DNA of 64,000 nucleotides, taken from positions 224,001 to 288,000 of the forward strand of contig CAWCXJ010000008.1 in the NCBI GenBank assembly GCA_963799485.1. Direction: 5' to 3'. The notes below the pieces were generated by a model. It ran no database searches. It was not told the DNA's origin and saw nothing but the letters and a program-made list of their open reading frames with translations. A program made the position numbers and the translations under genes. The stretch is from an uncultured Trueperaceae bacterium (GTDB lineage: Bacteria; Deinococcota; Deinococci; Deinococcales; Trueperaceae). Positions 1-7,381 of the stretch are shown here, piece by piece. Within the stretch, counting starts at the first letter, position 1. Every line of letters starts with the position of its first letter.

Positions 1-1
1 G

Positions 2-109
2 GCACTTACGCGCGCGACCCACGACGACCTGCGCTCTCTTGCACGCGACATCATCGTGGCGCAGGCCAAAGAAATCTATACCTTTCAGACGCAACTAGCA
101 AGACGCTAA
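2..109 (+). CDS. 3' end of DUF305 (ferritin-like) domain protein, partial
   Basis: Frame 2 reads ALTRATHDDLRSLARDIIVAQAKEIYTFQTQLARR*; the LAxxIIxAQxxEI pattern is the DUF305 C-terminal helix. Confidence 0.7.
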   Translation, partial: ALTRATHDDLRSLARDIIVAQAKEIYTFQTQLARR

Positions 110-370
110 AATCCGTCTCCTGTCACTGTAATCTCAGCATCCTGCTTGTATGTCGTAATTTACGCATCGCAACCGACGGTACTGTACTCTCATATTCGTA
201 GAGCTGCCCCGTACGGCTGCGTTCTCAAAGCTGGGGAACCTCCGCTCGAGCCGTGTCGGCTGCGCTCCGTGAGCGCAGCCTGGATCAAGGTGACACTTGT
301 TATGTCCAACGACGCTCATTCGCAGAGCAGCGTGAGGCTAAAGATTGGCGAAAGAGCCCGTGCCTAGCAG

Positions 371-3300
371 CTAGTCCCCTGGGGAAACCGCTACCTGCAC
401 AGAAGGCGCGGAAGCTGTCCTGCCACGGGCTGCCAGCTTGAAGCCGCCGAAGATAAGCAGAATCGCCAGCATTTCGCCTAAACTCTGCGCGCCGGAAAAG
501 CCGAAACGGTTGAGCGTACCAACCGCGCCCATCGCTATACCGCCCCCGGCAATGAGGATCGTGCCCCACATGCGGTTAGCCGACTCGGGCCTACCAAACA
601 GACGCCAGGCAGAGACGAGCGCGCCTAGTACAAGCATCGCTGCGCCGTAACTGTTTAGAAAGATGGTGTGGAACCGCGGCGTCGCTGCCAGCGCCGTACC
701 CAGGTCGGGAAACGCGCGCCCACTTAGCTGATCGGCGGAGCCGAGTTTGGCAAGCTCGAGGGGTGCGGCGAGGGCTAGCGCCAACACGGCCCCGGCGTAG
801 AAGACGAGCAGCCAGGTCAGCGCCTGCGCCCACCTTCTGGGCAGCAGCAGCCAAGCTGTGCCGTGACCCAGAAAAGCTGCGGCAAACAGTGCGCCCGCTG
901 CGTACCAGCTCCGGTAGCTTAGCGGCGTCCACGAACCACGCAGGGCGTGCAGCAGACCGAGGCTCGAGGCCAGCGCAAACATGCTGATACCGAGCGCCCA
1001 CCAGAACCGGTGAGGTGCCGGTTTTCGGGCGTAATCACCCCAGACGAGCAGCGCCAAGAACACGGCGACAAGCGCCGCCAGCGCACTCCAGGAAGGGCTT
1101 TCACCGACCACGACGACACGCGGCGCAGCTGCTCCGGTCGCCTTAAACGTAGCAGGCGGACGCGCAGGCGCAGGGGGCGGCGCTGCGAGTGGAGCCAGTT
1201 TCGGATTTAGCGTGAAGTAGTACTCGGTGGTGCCACCGTACATGCTCGAGGTCTGGTCGGCTACGAGCAGATAACGACCGGGCGACAGCGCTTCGGTAGG
1301 TTTAAGCGTCAGGCGCTCGAGCTTGCCCGCACGTGTTCGCGCGACCTCTTGCAGCGGCGTCTCGTGCGCGTCGCTCAAAGCGACCAGGCGGTAGTCCGTA
1401 GCGTCGCCCGTGCGGCGGTCCTGCACGACGAGCGTGTCTACGGCGGCCAGCGCGAGCGAGTCGGGGGGAAAGTCGGCGGGCGCTTCGTACCAGGGGTAGG
1501 GCCGCACGAAGGCGTCGTTGGAGGCGAAAAAGAGGCCCCGCGACGCTTCGGGCACTGCGCGTAGCGGCGTGTACTGCGCCCGCGCGCCGACGCTGCCGCC
1601 CAAGAGCGGTACCAGCAGCGTCGAGAGCAGCGCCAGCCCCAGCACGCTCGCGCCCAGCGCGACCGCCGTTTTGCGGCGGCGTACCCGTGGCGGCAAGCGC
1701 CGCTGCAGACGACCCCCACCCGGACGATGGCGGCGGCGCAACACCAGCGCGAGCGCGAGGCTCGAGAGCAGCGCCGTTCCCGGAAAATAGTACATGTAGA
1801 CGCTCAGCCCGGCAGCGGTGAGAAAGGTGTTGCCGAAGGGACTAAAGAGCATCGGCAACAGTGCCCAGGCTACGCCGGGGCCGACCGCAGCCAAGGGCCA
1901 GCCCACCACCGGTACCCCGGCCAGAAACCAGCCGAGGCCCGGAAAACCTGCAAAGGCTCCAACAAACTCGGCACCGACCGGCAGCGCCGGGGGCAAACGG
2001 CGTAGTGCCGGCGGCAGCGGCCCGGTAACTCGTGCAGGGTAGGCCGCCACTGCGCTGCGGCTCTGAGCGCGAAAAGACCGTGTGTAACGCCACGTCAGCT
2101 GAAAGCACCGGAGCGCCCCAACCAAAAAAAGGCTAAAGCCGACAAACCCGAGCGCCAAGCCGATGGGTGCTACCGCCGTAAGCAGCTGCGGGTCAACCGG
2201 GTGCAGGTGGCTTTTTTCAGTCATCTCGGCGTTGACCGCGCGCCCACCCGCAGCCACGAGCAGCGAGGCTTGAATCCCGATGTAGGCCAGCCCCGCATAG
2301 ATAAAGAGCGCACCCCGCTCGAGCCACAACACCGCCCCGGTAAGTTTGTCTAAAGGCAGCTTGGGGATGGTGGCGAGCGCCAGCAGCACCGCCAGCGGTG
2401 TCAAGCCGCCCAGGATGTTGAGCTGCGCGTGTGCGCTCGGCAACACCTCGCCCAGCGCACCGGCCCGCATGTACCAGAGCTTGACGGCGTCGATAGCCTG
2501 AAAAGGGCCTTGCAGCGTGCCTACAAAAAGCGCCAAACCGCTCAGATAAACAGCCGTCCTGAGCGTCCCCGCCGCGCGCCGGGCCGACTGCACCATCGTG
2601 AGGATAAACAGCCACACCCCCGCCGTCATCACCAGACCGCCCACTAAGATGGGGCCGCTGTGAAGGAGTCCCAAACGCGCCACGACGGCCTCGGTTACGA
2701 GGCCGTCGTCGACTATCCGGTAACCCTCGTAAAGCCCGAGCAGCAGCAGCGAGGCGTAAAAGAGCAGGCCACCCGGTAACAGCACCCAGAAGATGAGTCC
2801 GGCGCGCCGCCGCGACACCGCCGCCAGGCCCAGACGCGGCCCCAGATAGATAAAAAACGCGATAGCGAGCATCAGCGTTCCGAGCACCAGATTGATATGC
2901 GCGTGGCTCACGGGGTCGATCATGCGCCCGGCGATCCCGGCAGCCTGAATCCAGGCCTCGTTCTTGGGCAAAACCTGCAACACCCCTTGCACGGTGCCGA
3001 CCGTCAGCGCTACCGTACCGACCACGAGGTATTTGAGCAGGTGGGCGTGCGGTTTTTTTTCGTCGACCCGCCGTGAAAACCAAACCGTCAGTACGGCGTT
3101 TAAGGTGTAGGTCCAGTAGCCGAGTCCCAGCATCATGCCGGTCACGCGCAGAGGGATACTGTGCCACTTGCCGACCAGCGCCTTGGCGTCGGCGTAAGTC
3201 AACCCGTTTTGCACCATGTTGCCCTCGACGACGCCTAGAATGAGCCAGGCCAGATAAAAGCCCGATACGCCGAGCGCCGTAAACCAGAACGACGCGGTTG

Positions 3301-3700
3301 CCATCCCCGGACTGTAGAGCGGGCGCTTGGTGATGCGGGGCAGCACGTACCAGGTGAGGCCGGTCAGCAAAACCGTACCCACCCCCACCACGAAGATATG
3401 AGTGTTGGACAGGTCTTTAGCCATCTCGCCGCCGTGGTCGGCGGTCATAAGCCACTGAAACACGCCCGGCAGGTTCTTGAGAACGCCGTGTAGCGCCCCG
3501 ACCACGAGCGCGCCCGCGCCGAAAAGCGCGTACAGCGGCAAAAAGCGGTCGTAGGCGGTGATTTGAGCGCCACTAAAGCGCTGCGGCGCGCTACGCTGCG
3601 CGTTTGCCGCGGGCACCAGCCAGGCCACCAGCCCGGTCACGGCCAGCGCCGCGAAGAGGATGCCGATGACGTCGAGGTTGTTTAAGCTGGCGACCCACAT
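371..3700 (-). CDS. 1109-aa multidomain membrane protein: three CcoN-like 4-TM units, further TM segments, Ig-like soluble domain, C-terminal multi-TM domain
   Basis: Repeats containing NTH, HAH and HAQ; YVLPRITKRPLYS and QGxxQ motifs shared with the neighbouring CcoN; no helix-VII HH pair. Confidence 0.85.
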   Translation of the reverse strand: MWVASLNNLDVIGILFAALAVTGLVAWLVPAANAQRSAPQRFSGAQITAYDRFLPLYALFGAGALVVGALHGVLKNLPGVFQWLMTADHGGEMAKDLSNTHIFVVGVGTVLLTGLTWYVLPRITKRPLYSPGMATASFWFTALGVSGFYLAWLILGVVEGNMVQNGLTYADAKALVGKWHSIPLRVTGMMLGLGYWTYTLNAVLTVWFSRRVDEKKPHAHLLKYLVVGTVALTVGTVQGVLQVLPKNEAWIQAAGIAGRMIDPVSHAHINLVLGTLMLAIAFFIYLGPRLGLAAVSRRRAGLIFWVLLPGGLLFYASLLLLGLYEGYRIVDDGLVTEAVVARLGLLHSGPILVGGLVMTAGVWLFILTMVQSARRAAGTLRTAVYLSGLALFVGTLQGPFQAIDAVKLWYMRAGALGEVLPSAHAQLNILGGLTPLAVLLALATIPKLPLDKLTGAVLWLERGALFIYAGLAYIGIQASLLVAAGGRAVNAEMTEKSHLHPVDPQLLTAVAPIGLALGFVGFSLFLVGALRCFQLTWRYTRSFRAQSRSAVAAYPARVTGPLPPALRRLPPALPVGAEFVGAFAGFPGLGWFLAGVPVVGWPLAAVGPGVAWALLPMLFSPFGNTFLTAAGLSVYMYYFPGTALLSSLALALVLRRRHRPGGGRLQRRLPPRVRRRKTAVALGASVLGLALLSTLLVPLLGGSVGARAQYTPLRAVPEASRGLFFASNDAFVRPYPWYEAPADFPPDSLALAAVDTLVVQDRRTGDATDYRLVALSDAHETPLQEVARTRAGKLERLTLKPTEALSPGRYLLVADQTSSMYGGTTEYYFTLNPKLAPLAAPPPAPARPPATFKATGAAAPRVVVVGESPSWSALAALVAVFLALLVWGDYARKPAPHRFWWALGISMFALASSLGLLHALRGSWTPLSYRSWYAAGALFAAAFLGHGTAWLLLPRRWAQALTWLLVFYAGAVLALALAAPLELAKLGSADQLSGRAFPDLGTALAATPRFHTIFLNSYGAAMLVLGALVSAWRLFGRPESANRMWGTILIAGGGIAMGAVGTLNRFGFSGAQSLGEMLAILLIFGGFKLAARGRTASAPSVQVAVSPGD

Positions 3701-3822
3701 CAGCGGCGGCCCCCGTCCGGCCAGAAGGCGGCGGGTTGCGAGGCACCCCCGGGTAGGCCGCGCGCCGCGCCGGTCGTTTTTGGGTCGGCCTCAGCCGTGA
3801 AAAGCTGTTCTAAACGCATCAT
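3700..3822 (-). CDS. Putative 40-aa bridging mini-ORF (MMRLEQLFTAEADPKTTGAARGLPGGASQPAAFWPDGGRR)
   Basis: G-rich SD (AGGGGG) before ATG; stop overlaps the next start as TGATG. Confidence 0.4.
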   Translation of the reverse strand: MMRLEQLFTAEADPKTTGAARGLPGGASQPAAFWPDGGRR

Positions 3823-3834
3823 TTCCCCCTGGCT

Positions 3835-4650
3835 TCAGTCGTTATCCGACGTAACTTGACCGTGGTTTACCAGCGCGACGAGCGCCACGCCGCCCAGCGT
3901 GTTGCCGACAAGCGTCGGCGTGAAATAGTCGGCGAGGTACGCGCCCCAGCCGAGTTGCCCGGTGACGGTCAAGTAGAGCACCTCGGTGGAACCCGCGATG
4001 ATGTGTGCGAAGCCGCCCAAGCGCACTAAGTAGGTGAGTAGCAAGACCACCCCGAGCCGCGCGTCGCCCGCGGCGGGCAGCAGCCAGACCACCAGAGCGA
4101 TGAGCCAACCCGCAAAAATCGCCCGCAGCATGATGGTCCAGAACGAGCCGCGCAGCGCCTCCTCGCCGATGGCGGCGAAAGCTTCTTTAACGGCGGGGTC
4201 GAAGGTTTGGCTCGTCCCGAGTACCCAGGCGACGAGAAGTGCCCCGAGCAGGTTCGCCGCCAAGACGATGGCCCAGAGCCGCAGCAGCTTCCAGATGTGG
4301 GGCAAAGTAGGCTGCTCGAGCACAGGCAGCACCGCGGTCAGCGTCGTCTCGGTGAAAAGCTGCTGGCGACCCAGGATGACGATCACGAAACCGATGGTGT
4401 AGCCGAAGCTCGTCAGCAGCGTGCGCCACTCCGCCTCGGGCAAACTGGCCCGGATGAGCCCTTCGGCGATGAGCGAAAACCCCATCCCCAGCCCCGCTGC
4501 CAGCGCCGACCAAAAAAGTGCCGCAGGGGCGCGGCCCAACTCTTCGTCGCCCTCCTTACGGACGATGTTGTGGACCAGCCTTGCAGACGGGCTGCTGCGC
4601 TCGCGCACCGTTTCGGCGTCGTCGCCTTTGGGTGCAGCCGACCTGCTCAC
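3835..4650 (-). CDS. Formate/nitrite transporter (FNT) family channel, YfdC-like
   Basis: EGDEELGR, QLFTETT, HIIAGS and GNTLGG motifs; about 6 TM helices. Confidence 0.9.
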   Translation of the reverse strand: MSRSAAPKGDDAETVRERSSPSARLVHNIVRKEGDEELGRAPAALFWSALAAGLGMGFSLIAEGLIRASLPEAEWRTLLTSFGYTIGFVIVILGRQQLFTETTLTAVLPVLEQPTLPHIWKLLRLWAIVLAANLLGALLVAWVLGTSQTFDPAVKEAFAAIGEEALRGSFWTIMLRAIFAGWLIALVVWLLPAAGDARLGVVLLLTYLVRLGGFAHIIAGSTEVLYLTVTGQLGWGAYLADYFTPTLVGNTLGGVALVALVNHGQVTSDND

Positions 4651-4718
4651 GTCTCAGCCGCTGTTGTCGGGCGGGCCGGGCACCGGGGCTGCATGTAGCG
4701 CCCGACTGCGCAGGTCAT
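4647..4718 (-). CDS. Putative 23-aa bridging mini-ORF (MTCAVGRYMQPRCPARPTTAAET)
   Basis: Starts by TGATG overlap with the upstream stop and ends by GTGA overlap with the FNT start. Confidence 0.3.
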   Translation of the reverse strand: MTCAVGRYMQPRCPARPTTAAET

Positions 4719-4903
4719 CAGCGAACCCCCGGCTCGAGCAGGTAAATCAGCCCGAACCATACTGCGTAGGCGAGCATCATCGCGCCCAACAAAAGCCAGG
4801 TGCGGCGCGCCGCGCGGCGGCGCGTGGCGTCGTCTTCGTGGGTCTGCGGATAGTTCTCCCGGTGCTGTTGGTGTTTGTCTTGCTGTTTTGCTATCTTCGG
4901 CAC
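4718..4903 (-). CDS. Small single-TM membrane protein (about 61 aa)
   Basis: GTG start after GGGGAG SD; C-terminal hydrophobic helix WLLLGAMMLAYAVWFGLIYLL; inside the operon. Confidence 0.6.
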   Translation of the reverse strand: MPKIAKQQDKHQQHRENYPQTHEDDATRRRAARRTWLLLGAMMLAYAVWFGLIYLLEPGVR

Positions 4904-4910
4904 GGCTCCC

Positions 4911-5216
4911 CTAACCCAGCTCGAGCAGGTACTCGACCTGCAGGTCACGCGGCGGCGGCTGCATCTCCTCGAGCACGTCCTGGGGCGTTTCGCCGCACCC
5001 GATCCAGGCCTCGAGCTGCTCCTCGAGCGCCCAGCGCACGATGGCGAGAATCGCAACTTCGTCCGACTCCGCCCGCCCCAACAGCTCCATGCTTACAAAG
5101 CCAGGGAGGCTCTGCAGCACCCCCTTGAGCGCGATAAGCGCGAAGTAAGCCTCGTCCCAGACCTCGCGGCTCAGGCGCGCCCGGGTGAGTTGCGTGTAGT
5201 GGGTCGCGGCGGGCAC
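4911..5216 (-). CDS. Antibiotic-biosynthesis-monooxygenase (ABM/IsdG-like fold) protein
   Basis: LQSLPGFVSMELL...IVRWALEEQLEAW pattern typical of ABM domains. Confidence 0.7.
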   Translation of the reverse strand: MPAATHYTQLTRARLSREVWDEAYFALIALKGVLQSLPGFVSMELLGRAESDEVAILAIVRWALEEQLEAWIGCGETPQDVLEEMQPPPRDLQVEYLLELG

Positions 5217-5217
5217 G

Positions 5218-5580
5218 CTAGTAGACCTGCCCCTGCAAAATCTGCTGGACGGTCAAAAAGAGCGTCCACAAAAAGATGCCTACCCACACCCACTTCATCA
5301 CGCCTACCGGGCCGACGTGCTCTTGAAGGTAGCCGTTGTATTCCTCTTGCGGGTAGAGGTCGTTGCGCCAGCGCGTGCGGCCCTGCCAGCGTGTCAGTAG
5401 CCACAAACCGAGCGCCGTCACCACCAGCCAGCCGAGGTAAACCAGGATGAGGCGGAGGTTGTTTTGCAAGCTCAGCCACTCCCAGGTAACGCCGCCGTTG
5501 GGCGCGAGGTAGTAGTTGCTGTAGAGGTAGTCGTAGTAGGCTTTGAAGGCTTCGGGGGAACTGCCCGAGGGAACGTTCAT
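5218..5580 (-). CDS. 120-aa membrane protein resembling the cbb3 subunit III (CcoP/FixP) N-terminal region, without heme motifs
   Basis: EEYNGYLQEHVGPVG..WVW resembles the FixP-N 'YDGIxE..P..WW' motif; no CxxCH; ATG at 5580 overlaps the upstream stop, with SD GGAGG. Confidence 0.6.
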   Translation of the reverse strand: MNVPSGSSPEAFKAYYDYLYSNYYLAPNGGVTWEWLSLQNNLRLILVYLGWLVVTALGLWLLTRWQGRTRWRNDLYPQEEYNGYLQEHVGPVGVMKWVWVGIFLWTLFLTVQQILQGQVY

Positions 5581-5924
5581 TTCAAATCCTCCCGCGCCCA
5601 GTCGGGCACCTTTTCCCAGGCCCAGGCCGGGGTTTCGTAGTCGGGTTCGGGCGTGAGCCAGAAGGTCTTGACCTCGCCCTCCATGTCGCTGAAGTAGCCG
5701 CGCCGCCAGGCTATCAAGGAGATGAGCAGCGCGGGCAGCATGAAGCCGAAAAAGGCGGTCATCAGCATCCAGTCGGTCATCACAAAGTCCGCAACTGCGT
5801 CCTTGGGCTGGTCGTGAGCGGCGGCCATCCCGCTGCCGAGGGCAAACACCCACAGCATCAGCCGGGGCGCACGCCAAGGCGCGAGTGAAGCCTTTGGTAA
5901 CACCGACTTTAGGGTTGGAACCAC
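5577..5924 (-). CDS. CcoS/FixS-like cbb3 maturation membrane peptide with N-terminal extension (start uncertain)
   Basis: TM helix followed by WRRGYFSDMEG, compare CcoS W..SGQFDDLEG. Confidence 0.6.
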   Translation of the reverse strand: MVPTLKSVLPKASLAPWRAPRLMLWVFALGSGMAAAHDQPKDAVADFVMTDWMLMTAFFGFMLPALLISLIAWRRGYFSDMEGEVKTFWLTPEPDYETPAWAWEKVPDWAREDLK

Positions 5925-7381
5925 TGCAATCCCTCCGTATTCATGACCTGTTCGCGGCTCAAGACGTTGTCGCCGCGCGCCTGCGACTCGTTAAAGGCCT
6001 GCTCGAGCAGGCTGAAATAGGCACTCTGGATAAGGCCGGTGAGGCGCGCCAGGGTCAGCGGCAGCTTGCCGCCGACGAAGATCACGTCGTTCGGGTCCAT
6101 CCCTGGTGCCACCCAGTGCGCCGCCGCGTCGAAAGGGGTGGCGGTGGCGCTGTGCTCGGCCCCGGTTTCGCGCTCCGCCAGGGGATGCGCGGCGATGTAC
6201 TCGAGCATCGCCGCCGGGGGCTGCCAGTCGAGGTACATGTCCGGCGTCGGCAGGGTCTGCGGTTCCGCGAGGCTGCCGCCCGGAATGGTCTTCAAGAACA
6301 GGACCAGGCGCCAGATGTCCTCGACCGACAGGCGGGTGCCGAAGTTTTCCATGGCCGAGCCCTTACCCGCGGTCAAAAGACGGTGGTACATCTGTCCCGG
6401 CGAGGCGAAGAACCCCATTTGACCACTGACGGCGCTCGTGTCGGTAAAGTTGAAGGGCTTGGGTGCCAGAAAGGTCGCCGCGGGTCCGTTGCCGTTGCCG
6501 TTGACGCCGTGACAGCCCACGCAGCGCTCCTGAAAGATGACTTTGCCGCGCAGCAGGTTCTGCCGGGTCAGCGGCAGCGGGTTGTCGGTGAGCCAGTAGC
6601 TGCGGGCCATGCTGTTCATCATCCACACCGCCATCCAGGGGACGCCCTCCGGCGAGGTGTCCATGGCCGAGCCCGCAGGGCGGTAACTGCCGTCCGCCTG
6701 AAGCTGCTGAACCAGGTCGGGGAAAAAGGTGGCGGGGTCTTGGCCCATGCCGGTAATCAGCATCATCTTCTTGCCGACGTCCATCGCTGCGGCGCGGAGC
6801 AAGCCTTCCTTGCCCCCCTGAAAGCGGTTGTACTCGATGGCGTCACTCGTGCGGCTGTCGCTCCAGAACGAAAAGCGCGGCATCACCGACTTGGGCGTGG
6901 TGTAGCGCGGGTCGAAGTAGTGCGCCCGCTGCCAGTCGTCGGGGTGCTGCCCGCCTTCGTTGGCGAGGTCGGGGCCGGTGCGAATCGAGCCGAACAGGTT
7001 GGGCGTCCAGCCCGCGCCCGGCCAGTCGCCCGCTTCGGACGCCCGCGTGTAGACGAAGTACTGGCCCACCGCGACGTCCTGGGGCCTGGTGAAGCCCGAG
7101 TGGCACAAGTAGCAGCCCTGTTGCTGAAAGTTTTGCTTACCGCGCCAGGCCGCGTCCGAGAGCGGCGTCGCGTTGGGGCTCGGCGACGGCTCGAAGGTGG
7201 TCAGCGGCAGCACCACCACGAAGCCGACCACCAGCGCAAACACCAGCATCGCGCCCAGCGACACGACCAGCGGCTCCATGCGCATGATTTGCTTGGGCGG
7301 GTCGCGCCAGTTTTCGGGCGTGCTGGGCAGACCCGAGCGCATGCCCTGGTTGTCGTCGCTCTCAGGAGGCACCGAGTTCAC
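5909..7381 (-). CDS. ccoO: cbb3-type cytochrome c oxidase subunit II fused to a second cytochrome c domain
   Basis: CYLCHS, GSIRTGPDLA, HYFDPR...SVMPRF (CcoO); second CVGCH with SAM Met ligand. Confidence 0.9.
   Translation of the reverse strand: MNSVPPESDDNQGMRSGLPSTPENWRDPPKQIMRMEPLVVSLGAMLVFALVVGFVVVLPLTTFEPSPSPNATPLSDAAWRGKQNFQQQGCYLCHSGFTRPQDVAVGQYFVYTRASEAGDWPGAGWTPNLFGSIRTGPDLANEGGQHPDDWQRAHYFDPRYTTPKSVMPRFSFWSDSRTSDAIEYNRFQGGKEGLLRAAAMDVGKKMMLITGMGQDPATFFPDLVQQLQADGSYRPAGSAMDTSPEGVPWMAVWMMNSMARSYWLTDNPLPLTRQNLLRGKVIFQERCVGCHGVNGNGNGPAATFLAPKPFNFTDTSAVSGQMGFFASPGQMYHRLLTAGKGSAMENFGTRLSVEDIWRLVLFLKTIPGGSLAEPQTLPTPDMYLDWQPPAAMLEYIAAHPLAERETGAEHSATATPFDAAAHWVAPGMDPNDVIFVGGKLPLTLARLTGLIQSAYFSLLEQAFNESQARGDNVLSREQVMNTEGLQWFQP

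Noticed and set aside
134..367. Short ORFs between DUF305 and the giant gene
   Set aside because: Mutually overlapping, no SD or leaderless signal, no recognisable motif.
371..3700. Calling the 1109-aa protein a second functional CcoN
   Set aside because: No adjacent His-His CuB pair, and the His pattern is not in canonical order.
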